Source: Octopus sinensis
Lineage: Eukaryota
DNA: 64,000 nt
Assembly: GCF_006345805.1 (NCBI RefSeq)
Contig: NC_042998.1
Coordinates: 171,988,001 to 172,052,000 of the forward strand
Reading direction: 5' to 3'
Of the stretch, positions 51,285 through 63,622 are shown one piece after another (position 1 is the first letter of the stretch; every line of letters starts with the position of its first letter). A program made the translations under genes and the position numbers. Under the pieces are notes generated by a model. The model had not been told where the DNA came from and did not search any database. It saw only the letters and a program-made list of their open reading frames with translations.

Positions 51285-51790
51285 CAGAATGGGCATTTTA
51301 ACTTGTAGTTGCATCTAATAACTATTTCGGAGTGCCAATTCGCAAGTACATCTATACATATTAAAATGCATAATACCTCCTCAAACAGAGACTACAAGAT
51401 CTTAAAAATGTATTGTACGGATATGCATTTTTATTGCCGTCCGTGTGATGTTGCACGGCACTTTTCCTTCCTTAAGTTTCCAGACCAGATCAGCAAGTGA
51501 TGTGCAGTATTTCTTGTTAATGTTTTTAAACAATGCAAAGTGATTTCGATACTGATATTTGAAGCAACCTGTGGTTGTACCAATGTACACAAATGCATCT
51601 ACTATAGTTCTAATTGTACATTTCTATGTTACGTTCTTATGAAGGCATTCGTTTCCCAGGGGATCTGCGTTTCTGCCCTTAAAATTACAATTCTTTACCA
51701 CACTATATTTTATTCGGTAGCATTCTGTCTTACTTCTACTTCTAAGTTTTTCTTTACTGTTTCTGACGTTATTATTAGTGGTATCATGAA
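51285..51790 (-). mobile_element. Penelope-like element GIY-YIG endonuclease remnant
   Basis: CNFKGRNADPLGNECLHKNV...VYIGTTTGCFKYQYRNHFALFKN...TSLADLVWKLKE, the typical PLE GIY-YIG pattern. Confidence 0.75.
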
Positions 51791-52100
51791 AGCGGTGAGC
51801 TGACAGAACCGTTAGCACGCTGGACGAAATGCTTAGCAGCATTTCGCCCGTCGCTACGTTCTGAGTTCAAATTCCGCCGAGGTCGACTTTGCCATTTATT
51901 CTTCTGGGTTGATGAATTAAGTACCAGTTGTACACTGGGGTCAATGTAATTGACTAGCCCCTCCCTTCAAATTTCAGGCCTTGTGCCTATAGTAGAAAGG
52001 ATTATTAGTGTTAGCATTAAGGCGGCGAGCTGGTAGAATAGTTAGCCCGCCGGGAAAATGCTTAGCAGCATTTCGTCCGTCTTTATGTACTGAGTTTAAA
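51790..52100 (+). mobile_element. SINE family 4 copies (one longer, one head fragment)
   Basis: GCGGTGAGCTGACAGAACCGTTAGCACG...CTGAGTTCAAATTCCGCCGAGGTCGACTTTGCC; a second head starts at 52020. Confidence 0.8.
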
Positions 52101-52126
52101 TTATTATTATCATCATCATCATCATC

Positions 52127-52177
<51 letters not shown>

Positions 52178-52639
52178 GTTGTTGTTGTTATTATTATTCA
52201 ATAAAAGAGCTGCACATTACCTTGCAAGTGGGGTCCAGTTAGAATTTTCTTTTAGTCGAGTAGCCCATCCCGCTCAAAAGGTCCCTGGATAAGGGTTGTT
52301 TAAGGATGTTGAACGAAACGCCCATGTTTCCAGATGTGAATTATTCAAACCCCAAAGAATCCCTCTATACACATGGCTATGATGCTCCCCCACTACTTCT
52401 GCTCGTGATCAGAGATGCACATATCGTCAGCCACTAAGGGACATGCTCAACTGGTTAAGGTCAAACAAATGACAAGCAAATCTGTGGTATTGAGCAGAAT
52501 ATTTGCTGTAGTCCATCTTTTATACCAAGACAAAACAATGTACATGATAACACTTCCAATCAGTTAAGATCAGGAGCCATGAAAGCCACTGCCTGGTACT
52601 GCATCAGGGCATTTATTATTATTATTATTATTATTATTA

Positions 52640-52679
<40 letters not shown>

Positions 52680-52750
52680 ATTATCATTATGTCGACTACC
52701 ACCTTTCCCCAGAATTTCAGGCTTTGTACCTATAATAGAAATTATTATTA

Positions 52751-52789
<39 letters not shown>

Positions 52790-52809
52790 CATTATTATTA
52801 TTATCATTC

Positions 52810-53280
52810 AGTAGTTTTATTTTATTGTGTGCTTTCACTTCACTACGAGCGCAGCTCTGTGGCCTTGGGTATGTGCTGTGATTTGTTGTGATGCTCTGAT
52901 GGTTATTGTATGGAAAGTGTTCTGCGTAGGATGTGTGCAGTGCCTAGTAGTGCAATTTTCTGTGTGTTATATGTGTTTGTAAGTCCTGGTGTTTTTTTTA
53001 TGTATTTGTCTGAATATTTTTTTTATCATGCCTAATGCACCTACTATGATAGGATTGTTTCTGTTTTTAGATTCCACATTCTGGTTACCTCTATTCCAGG
53101 TCTTTGTATTTTGAAAGTTTCTCCATTTCTTTTAGAGACACGTTGTCATCTGCCGGTATTGATACATCAATTAGAAAGCATTTTTTTTCTTCATGATCTC
53201 TGACAACTATATCTGGTCTGTTGGCCTTAATTTCTCTATCTGTGTGTATCGGCATATCCCAGAGTATGGTTGCTTTCTCG

Positions 53281-53282
<2 letters not shown>
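52810..53282 (-). mobile_element. Dong/R4 LINE 3' fragment (RLE endonuclease) inserted in (TAA)n
   Basis: TILWDMPIHTDREIKANRPDIVV...CFLIDVSIPADDNVSLKEMEKLSKYKDL...IPIIVGALG...QKIALLGTAHILRRTL; flanked on both sides by (TTA)n. Confidence 0.9.
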
Positions 53283-53344
<62 letters not shown>

Positions 53345-53379
53345 TAGCTGTGAATTATATTACACATTCGGGGGTTTCC

Positions 53380-54200
53380 GCGTATTTACGTAGTTTTGCA
53401 TGCGGCCTAGATGTTATCTAGAATGTGCTGTAAGATAATCTTAATCTCTCCGGAATCGTAAACTTCGAGTTACCTTGAGTAGTGTAATTCGATATGATAA
53501 GATTTCCAGTCGGCTTTGTTCCAGTCGAAGCGAACAGTTTGGTGATGGTGTTTGACTTTTCTGTCTGCCTATTAGAGACAGACTGGCAACAGTCATAGTT
53601 GCTTAAAGGTCCCTCAGCAATAACGCTGATAGCAAATCCGAGACTTGTAGTAAATAACAAATCTAAGGTGCTACTACTTCCTCTAGGGGAGGTGGCTACT
53701 TGGACCAGTTCGAATCCAGTACAAAATCAAAGAAACCGTTTACATCTTGCATTCAGTGAAAGTTTAAAAGATTTATCACACTGAAATTACCAGTAATGAA
53801 AATACGAGAAACTGCTTTCTTGGATGGGACTCTGAAGATGTCAAAAATCTCTGAATCCTGATTGTAGTTTGGGAAACTGTTACTAATCTCAAGCAAAAGT
53901 TAGGCGGGATTCGGAGAAACAAAAAACACCTTTTGCTGTGACAGACTGTAAATCATCACAAAAAATCACTGTAAAGCTTGAGAACGAAAATAGCCATCCT
54001 ATTATTCTCACAGCCATCTGAGTGGTCTATATGAAACCAGTTGTAGACAGCTACGCCAAAACATCGTCACAGAGTTAAGAATGTCTATATTTCAATAACT
54101 GTAATGAAATCGTTGTTTCTACTTTTAATGTAAGAAACAAGATCATGGACTCTGTAGCATAAACTGCAGGTATTTAAAGCCCTACATTGTAATTGTGTTT
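53380..54200 (-). mobile_element. Degenerate LINE AP-endonuclease remnant
   Basis: LNTCSL...DFITVIE, ITGNF and STLDLLFTT...GPLSNYD occur in APE motif order. Confidence 0.55.
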
Positions 54201-55133
54201 AAGCATATCATGATTCTAGATAGTGAGGGAATATAGCATTGCTTAGTATCCCGAGGGCTTTTTCGTTCTTGCCGGGTAATTTTCGCAATAGAATGTCTTG
54301 ACAGACTTTCGGAATAGCACACCCACATAAGTCGGATTTTCGCCGTTCTGATGGGGATTTTTCAAATTTGTTTTCCACTTGCACCTTTGCAAAGGATAAG
54401 GGAAAGCATTTTATGAAAATAGTTTTGAAAATCTATGAATCCCTCCTCACCACTTCCGTACCAATTTTGTTCATGTTTTTTTTCTGCATTTTTTTTCATT
54501 ACTCACTTATAAACAATGGGAGATACCTTTTCGGTAAAGAAAAAAAAAACTATTTCGAAAATTTATGAACTTTTTCAAGCCCACTTCCCAACTCAGTACC
54601 GATTTTGGCCTGCGTGTTTTTGCACTACGTACTTAAAAACGATGGCTGAAGCTCGAAGATTTAAAAACCAGAAAAAAATTTGGAAAAGGCGATCACCATC
54701 ACAATCCCTACTTCCTTTATTTCCAAACAGGAAATGAAACGTAATTTAAAAACAATAGGGAAATCTTATTCATTTTTTCATGAACCCTGCCCCTCCATAA
54801 ATCCTCAAATTTCGGCTTTTTCTCCAATTTTTTAAAAATCATAGTTTTATAAGACGGAGAGACCGAATATGCAACTTGTTTGTTTATAATTTCAAAATAA
54901 TTTTCAGGCGAAAAAGTATGTGATTTAAGGGAGATATAGCTATTGTTTCTAGCACGTCCCAAGACTACCTGCTACCTTACTTGTTTCTTTGTCGTTTTGA
55001 CGTGTATTGATGTCTTTCAATATTTTTCTTTCCATAAACACATTTTCTGGTGATCCATTGCTGGTATATAAGCAACAACAACAGCAAGAATATGTAATTT
55101 AAATTTTTAATCTCCCACTCCGCATCAAGCGAG

Positions 55134-55168
<35 letters not shown>

Positions 55169-55931
55169 AAATATATATTTACTCACGGAAAAGTATGCTA
55201 TTAAGATAAATTATCATCTACCTAACTTTTAAAATTACTTTGTCGCCCCACCAAAAAAATGCATGCACACAAACACGCACACTCAGCATGAGCGAGGTAC
55301 TTGTACAGTGAGTGAGAGAGAATGTGGTAAAGGTGTATAGAGAAAAAGAAGTTTACCATGAGAAAAACGAAAAACCAAAAATGAAAGAGAGAGAGGGGGG
55401 AGGGAGGGAAGAAGCTCATTTCTGTTGCTGTCATAGATTTTGAAGTTTTAAAAGTAAGTGAAAAATTTTCGAATTTGGTATATTGATGTCCTTTTTCATG
55501 TTGAATCCAAGTTTGTGATTCGTTTATTCCAGAAAAATTTTAGAAAAATGTTTCAGAGGATTAAAGCTTAATCATTTTTATCCAATAAGAAAACAGGATT
55601 TGTGCCTAATAGTTGTCATAAAAGAAAGTAAACATATGATGAGATTTTAAACAAAATGAAAGCAATGCGTGAGAGTTAATACATATACAAAGAGTGTGAG
55701 TGTTAAAGAGTATAGTAAATATATAAAGAGAGATACATTAGTGGTGAAAAATTGAGTGGAAGAGTTGTTATTCCTCGTAACAAATATTTTTATTATCATT
55801 ATTTACAGACGGCATTTTCTTTATGACGCAGATTTCGAAAATCAAATTAGTTTTCCTCGAGGATGCACCGTTTCAGAGCCTTTCTGGGCTAACCACATAC
55901 TATCGCATTAATATAGTAGATATAAAAATGT

Positions 55932-56070
55932 AGGCGCAAATGTGGCTCTGTGGTAAGAAGCTTGCTTCCCAACCACATAATACGAGGTTCGTGGCATCTT
56001 GGGCCTATTATAGCCTCCTACTATAGCATCGGGCTGACCAAAACCTTGGATTTGGTAGACAGGAACTAAA
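55932..56070 (+). mobile_element. SINE family 1, 5' fragment
   Basis: TGTGGTAAGAAGCTTGCTTCCCAACCACAT...GGATTTGGTAGAC. Confidence 0.7.
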
Positions 56071-56179
56071 TCCTCTCCGCATACAAATACTCATACATTT
56101 GTATATATCATTGTACAATACAAAGTTTATTTAGGATAATTATAAATATAAGGTAAACCTTAATAGTGTGTGTTTTAGG

Positions 56180-57150
56180 AAATTCACAAACGTCACAAAG
56201 CTGTTACACGGAAAGAAAAACCTATAGTGTAATAATTTAATTTACTTTTAACTGCGAGACTTGATTGTTTGTTTACTAAAAACACTCTGCAATGACCCTG
56301 TTAGGCATATTACTGATCAGATGACGAATATTCTCTTGCAGAATTCTTGCCAAGTTTCATGCAGTAATCTCAAAAGATCTGGTTTTTGAGGATGCCTTCT
56401 TCTTCTTTTTTATGAAGTGTCTTGTCCATTACGTCCCAGAGGTGTTCAATAGGGCTAATATCTAGTAAGTGGTTTAGCCATGGAACCCTTTTAATGCCAT
56501 TCTCCTCCAACAAATCTTGGGTCAATTTAGCCGTGTGACAAGGCGCTCCATCTTCCATAAATAAAGTCTTCTTTAATCATTTTACCCCTGGAGAATATTG
56601 GAAGGAGTCCTTTCTTCAATATGGACACATATTTATCTGAGTTTATGCTTCCCTCACGTTCCACCAACTCTGATCAACCGTTGCTCTACATTGCTCCTCA
56701 GACCATCTCAGAATAGCTGTCGTGTTTCATTGTTGGCTGCAATCTTTTCACATCAAATTATTGATCAAAGAGTCTCCAGACCCACACTCGACCACTGTAA
56801 GGAAATACAGCAAACCTGTTGGCTGATCGAATAAGTGGCTTCCTTCTTGCTGCTCTACCATAATAACCAAGTTTGTGAAGATACTTGACAGCTGTACTGG
56901 GACTGACATCAAATTGTTCTGCTATGTCAGAGGACTTGCGACGAGTATTATCCTCCACACTTCTCTTCACAAAAAGAAGAGTCCTGTCAGAGGGCCCTGG
57001 TTGATGTAGGCGAGGTGATGTGGACTCCTTCTCCTCTCTGGTGAATTGCACACATGCACGTAGAGTGCAGATAAAAAGATAAGCAAAAGTTTATCAGGAG
57101 CCAATGCAAATAATTTAGAAAATGTTGGTTAATCTGTGGTTTTCTCCATT
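56180..57150 (-). mobile_element. Tc1-family transposase remnant
   Basis: DVSPSTAVKYLHKLGYYGRAARRKPLI and MEDGAPCHTAK...PWLNHLLDISPIEHLWD. Confidence 0.85.
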
Positions 57151-57176
57151 TTCTAATTATATATATATATATAATA

Positions 57177-57231
<55 letters not shown>

Positions 57232-57370
57232 ATAATTTAATAAATAAAATATATGCATACATACATATATGTACGTACCTACATCTACATGTATATATAC
57301 ATGCATATATATATATAAATATAAATAAATATATATATATATATATATATATAAATATAAATAAATATAT

Positions 57371-57416
<46 letters not shown>

Positions 57417-57608
57417 AATATATATATAATAAATATAAATATATATATTAATATATAAATATATTATAATATATATATATATAAATATATATATAAATAT
57501 ATATATATATAATATATATATAAATATATATATATAAATATATATATAAATATAATTATATATAAATATATATATATCTATATATATATATATATATTAT
57601 ATATATAT

Positions 57609-57650
<42 letters not shown>

Positions 57651-57857
57651 GAGTACAGGACACCACAAATAGACGTAGAACTCAACGAGAAACGAAAACA
57701 TAAAAACAACATGGAAACGGACTTTTCTTAACACCGAAAAAACAGAGTACAAGACAACAATACAAGGAATATTCCCTTTCATCAGCTGTCCCTGGTTCGA
57801 CTCCATGCGTGTTTCGAAGGTAAGGACAGAACACGACCGGCGAACCAGTCCTTCCTG

Positions 57858-57860
<3 letters not shown>
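57651..57860 (-). mobile_element. Short (TA)n-embedded element; truncated relatives at 1494-1620 and 2147-2272
   Basis: The reverse complement of 57651-57772 matches TTCCTTGTGTTG...TCTTGTACTC...GGTGTCCTGTAC in both tandem units. It carries the reversed-order GAAA/CUGAUGA motif. Confidence 0.75.
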
Positions 57861-57902
<42 letters not shown>

Positions 57903-57991
57903 ACATATATATATTATATATATATATATTATCCGAAGTGTACTGTATATATATCCAACACGGCCGATCTTATCATTCGGATATATAACAT

Positions 57992-58342
57992 TTCTACTAT
58001 AGCCTCGGGCTGAGCAAAGCCTTCTGAGTTGATTTGTTAGACGGAAACTGAAAGAAGCCCGTCGTATATGATGTATGTATGTATGTATGTATGTATGTAT
58101 GTATGTATGTATATATGTATGTATGTGTGTATTTGCGTGTTTGTTTTCCCACCATCGCTTGACAACCGATGCTGGTGTTTACGTCCCCTTAACTTAGCGG
58201 TTCGGCAAAAGAGATCGATAGAACAAGTACTACGCCTTCAAAAAATAAGTCCTGAGGAGATTTGCTCGACTAAAGCCGGTGCTTCAGCATGGCTGGAGTC
58301 AAATGACTGAAACAAGTAAAAGAGTAAAGAGTAAAGAGTAAA
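57992..58342 (+). mobile_element. SINE family 1, 5'-truncated
   Basis: Matches the other copies; (AGAGTAA)n tail. Confidence 0.85.
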
Positions 58343-58739
58343 AGCACTATATATATTTGTATTGTGTTGTTACGGTGCTCCGCCAGCATGGTCACAGCTT
58401 TAGGACTGAAACGTGTAAAATAATAAAAGAGTACAACAACGAATGTGTAAAATAATGTCAAAAGAGAAATTTATATAAAAGATTATGCGTAATTTATAGA
58501 TAAGTGATTACATAAATATATCTAAAACATTGAATTACAGTGCTTTGAAAATTGCACAGAGCTATTAAAAAACCGGTGGAAACTAAAATATAGCACTAAA
58601 AAGAGGATTTGATTGTTGAAAAAACAAAATGTACGCCGTCCATTAGGTAAATAAAAACAGTCTTGTAAAATACACCGGAGTATTGGGGGTAAGTGATATT
58701 TGGGGTTTGGCAAATACATAAACAAATGGTAAAAACGTG

Positions 58740-58763
58740 TGAGTGCGTTTGTGTGTACATACA

Positions 58764-58796
<33 letters not shown>

Positions 58797-58937
58797 GAAT
58801 ATATACATACATGCTTACATACATACATGCTAACATACACACATACATATATACATATGTGCATACATACATACATGCATACCTACGTACATAAATACAC
58901 ACACATACATAGATGCATACATACATTTATATACACG

Positions 58938-58971
<34 letters not shown>

Positions 58972-59100
58972 CATAAACATATATACGTGTGTGTATACGT
59001 GGGTATATATAGTATGTACATATATATGTATATGTATACATATATATACACACACCACCACATGGGTATATATATAATATATATATGCATACACACACAC

Positions 59101-59186
<86 letters not shown>

Positions 59187-59234
59187 AATGTATGCATATC
59201 TTCATACATACATATATATATACGTACACATATA

Positions 59235-59280
<46 letters not shown>

Positions 59281-59449
59281 ACATACATACATATAAATAC
59301 ATACACACATAACATATATATGTGTGTGTGTACATATGTGTATATCATATATTTGTTAACAGTGAATTCATCAGTGGTGGCTTATTCAAACTGCGCGTCT
59401 GGATGATAATGTGTATGTGCGCATGTGTGTATGTGTGTGCGTGCCGTGC

Positions 59450-59482
<33 letters not shown>

Positions 59483-59762
59483 ATGAGAGAGAGCTCACAA
59501 GAATATATGTGTATTATTTTTTTTTATTAACTTTACTTTGCCAACCAGCACGTGTTTCTCCTCTGCAATTCTCACTGTGTGTGCGTGTGACTTTCGTTGT
59601 TTTTATGTATCTAAAAATACTTTTAACATTACGTACAACAATGTATTCGTACGTACATACCTACATACATACATAACATACATACATACAATACATACAT
59701 AACATACATACTTACATACATCTATGAGTTCCCACCTCCTAGCTCGTCACACAATTAGATAT

Positions 59763-59793
<31 letters not shown>

Positions 59794-60006
59794 ATTATAT
59801 ATATATACATGTATTGTATTACCACACATATGCATACATACAGTTTTGTGTTCAAGAGGACGTGCATACATATATACGCGCAAATCTCTAATAGTTACGT
59901 AACTGTAGAATGTATATATATACGTGTGTATGTATATATGTATGTATGTATTTATATATATACATATATGTATATATAATATATATACATATACATGCTT
60001 ACACGT

Positions 60007-60042
<36 letters not shown>

Positions 60043-60127
60043 GTAAAAATATATATATATATATATATACATATGTTATATATATATATATCCGTGATTG
60101 TGGTATATATATATATGTGTATGTGTG

Positions 60128-60180
<53 letters not shown>

Positions 60181-60737
60181 GTAGACATATATACACATAT
60201 ACATGTACACATATGTACATACATGCGTATGAAAGTGTGTGTGTTGAGGGAGGTGTGGGTGTTTGTGTGAGCTCGCGAGAAATTTTTATTTACTTTCCCA
60301 ACCAACACGTGTTCCTCCTCTGCAATCCTCACTGTGTGTCTGTATGTGTGTGTGTGTGTATGTGTGTGTGTGTATGTGTGTGTGTGTGTGTTGTGTATGT
60401 GTGTGTGTGTGGTGTGTGTGTTTTGTGTGTGTGTGTGTGCTTGCATTTGTTTACTTTTTGTACTTTCGTGATGTGTTTGTATACCTTTATGTGTGTATAC
60501 ATGTGTGTATATTTTGTCGTTTATTTTTGTCTTATTTTTAGTATGTGTGTCTGTATGTGTTTGAGTGTGTATATGTATGTGCCCGTGTTCTTGTTTTTAC
60601 TTTAGTGTGTTTGTTTTATGCGTATATATGTATGTGTGTGCATGTGCGACTACGTGTCCGTTTATCTGTATAGGCTAGTGTGGGCGTGTATGTTCGGGCA
60701 CTCACATATTTTGTGTGTGTGAGAGAGAAAGAAAGAA

Positions 60738-60790
<53 letters not shown>
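58740..60790. repeat. Compound low-complexity / microsatellite block (TA, CA, TACA, GA)
   Basis: Visible simple repeats. Similar long TA-rich tracts lie at 29860-30078, 32680-33078, 44370-44838 and 57150-57650. Confidence 0.95.
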
Positions 60791-60791
<1 letters not shown>

Positions 60792-61659
60792 AAGTTGCCG
60801 TCTGAAGAGATTGCCATAAATTTTCGGTAACTAAAGTTGTACAAACTCTTAGAAGCCATCGGTTTGTAGACTCCAGTTCAAAAGTTAGCATTGTATTTAG
60901 GGGTCAACCTAGGATAACTTTTTAACTCGTCTTTTAGTGAAGATGACATACATTCCAATAATAAGTTTCTGCTGTGTGTACTATTACACGTTACGTACTG
61001 TAAAGTTCCATTAATCCGGTATACTGGAGTCAAGCAGATCCGATTGTTCGACACATCATTTGCGCTTGTCTAATTGTTCCTTTTTAAGCCGCTGTCTATT
61101 CATCGGGGTTGATATTCACGTTGAAACATCAGTGGCCATTGTCCAAGTGTTTTACTTTATCCATATGTGGAAAGGTCTTCCAAAGTCATATAAGAATAAC
61201 CTATTTAGAAAAGGTGTGAAAAGAAAGTATGTAGCCCTAACATTTCAGCCGAAAATGAAAATCTGAAATAATATGGCGTTTGAAAGATAATGAATATTAG
61301 AGCGTAAGATCTGTGGATATAAGACACGCTCGAAAATTTATGACATTACGAAACAAAAGGATAAGTTAATGCCATTTATAGCTGAGTCAGAGACAAGTAA
61401 AAATGTTGATGTGCAGGAAGTATTATAAAAAAAATTAAAAGCCTCGGAACTGACTGTAGTGTTATTTACGTTGTTTACAGCAAAGCCGTCCGAAGAAATG
61501 CTGCTTGTAGATTCAATGATCGTTGAAAAGTCCAAGCCGTTTTGCAGAAACATGCGTATCGCTGAGACTAGTGTGTTTACAGTTGAATGGGTTAGAAACT
61601 TAAAAATACATCGTAGCTTTCGTAAAAATGCGTAAAGTTTATATACTGTAGTGAGAAAA

Positions 61660-61698
61660 GGTTCCGACGTTTCGAGCAAAGTCCTTTTTCAGGGAACC
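61660..61698 (-). ncRNA. Degenerate minimal hammerhead motif (HHR-J)
   Basis: The reverse complement reads GGUUCC-CUGAAAA-aggacuuugcuc-GAAA-CG-UC-GGAACC. Stem I is a perfect 6 bp, but G8 is changed to A and stem II is weak. Confidence 0.5.
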
Positions 61699-61849
61699 GG
61701 AAAAATTTCCCTTTACCTTTATTTTATAAGAATGTGAGTACAGTGAATTGGTATATCATGTTATCTGGTATGATATTACCTTTATGGTGTAATTAGCCAT
61801 GCACAGATACCAATGGAAGTTCAGATCTGTGAGGAAGCAACGTTACACG

Positions 61850-62250
61850 TGCGCATAGGTAAGAGTCCTAGAGAACGTAAAAATCAAAGTTATTTACTGT
61901 CTACAACGGTCCCAAACAGTGTTGTGTTTTCTAAAGACACCATTGAACCTAATTTTTTCCGCAATGCAGACTGTTTCGTTCAAAGATATTCCGGTATCGG
62001 ATCATAATGTGTTCTACTTCAAGAAGCCCCTTAACAAAATAAAGGTAAAAAAATATCACCAGAGAATTTCTGCATACTGATGACTGCTCAGGGGCTGGTT
62101 TTAATGCAATGTTGTTGATTTTTTCCACTACTCGTATAAATTTACTGAAGCAAGCGTACCCATCATCTACTTCTGATCTAATCTTAAAATGCACTGGGAA
62201 AGACATTTAATGCAATGAAGATGTTCTCAAGGAAGCTAGAAGAACGATCT
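61850..62250 (+). mobile_element. Ancient RTE-clade LINE RT remnant
   Basis: SKLFTVYNGPKQCCV (like PFPVTNGVKQGCV), LNLIFSAM and TREFLHTDDC (like LLFADD) occur in the expected order. Confidence 0.55.
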
Positions 62251-63578
62251 AAAGATTCGCTTAAGAATTCCTTGAGATAATTTGGCAAAAATTCTAATAG
62301 TGAGAATATAGCAAGGTCCGAAAGAAATGGTACTACTTTATGTATAAAGGTTCCGTATGAAGTAAGGAAAAAGAATCGATGTAGCAGAGAAAACAGGCAA
62401 AGAGATCAGTATTCGTTAGATGAATAGAAATTCACCAAAATATCTATTAGCAACAATAACACTTCAAAACAAAAATCATAATATTTGTTTCTCCTTTTTT
62501 TAAAGCAGTGGCAAAACTAGAAATTCATTTGACTAGCCAGTAAATTTATTGAAAAGGGAGTAGCATCAACTAAAGCAACATTAGTATATTATTGTTAGTG
62601 ATTTTATTCTAATCCCCAGTTGTGATATATCTGTTCTCATGAAATCAACAAATACAAGTAACAAACTGAACATTTTTGTTGATCCCAGAATTCTTCAATT
62701 GGTCTCGTTGAAGGAGGTGAGTTAGTGAAGAGAAACAGTAGTTCCCCCAACATTACATTCGTCTGTCAATAATCCTTCTAAGTTCAACTCTATTTTTCGT
62801 TCGTCAAAACCGAAGTCGACTTTATATTTCAGACATTCATCCAGTGTCTAAAATTGCCCATAAGATATTAATGTCAATTCAATCGACTACAACTATTTAC
62901 ATGTCAGAAACTGATCTTGTGGTCTACGAGAGCAACCTACTTTATCGAAGGATGAAAGGCAAAGTCGATTCCGTAGGGGGTTTGAATTTAGAAGAGTGAA
63001 GCAGTGAAGAAGATAGCATAAAGCATCATGGTGGCTCATTCTACCGTCTGCACCATTTGCATTAATCTATAAAAAGGAAATATTTCGTCTCGGCTCAAGG
63101 CCAGTTCTATTATGGGAGGGGTATAATCTACTGAATTACAATCAGTGTGAACTACTGATACTCATTTTATCTACCCTAAAAAGATAAAAGGCAAAACCAG
63201 ATCATGTGGGATTGGAACTGAGATCAGTGGGTACTGAACTAGTTGCAGTAAAGGAGCCAGTTTGGCGCTTGCTTTGGCAGACTGGATTTTATATAAATGC
63301 ATAAGCCTGCGTCTTGTAACGCAGGTGTATAGTCGAAGTGTATATATTTGTAGTAGTAGTAGTAGTAGTAACAGCGTTTTCTTCTACGTCATAGTCTTAA
63401 TGGTGCTTATTTTGTTTTACAGTTGAAAGGTAAAGTCGACTCCAATGGGAGATTAACGTAGAAAATCTTAGAAGGGTGAGATTAGAAAATTCTTATCCAT
63501 TTAGCTCAGCGTTCTAGGACCACAACCTTTTCACTCACTGAAAATGATGATAGCCGTCAACTAATTCACTACTTCTCA

Positions 63579-63622
<44 letters not shown>

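Noticed and set aside
61338-61679. 113-aa minus-strand ORF starting inside HHR-J
   Set aside because: Non-ATG start, no recognisable motif, and the length is compatible with chance.
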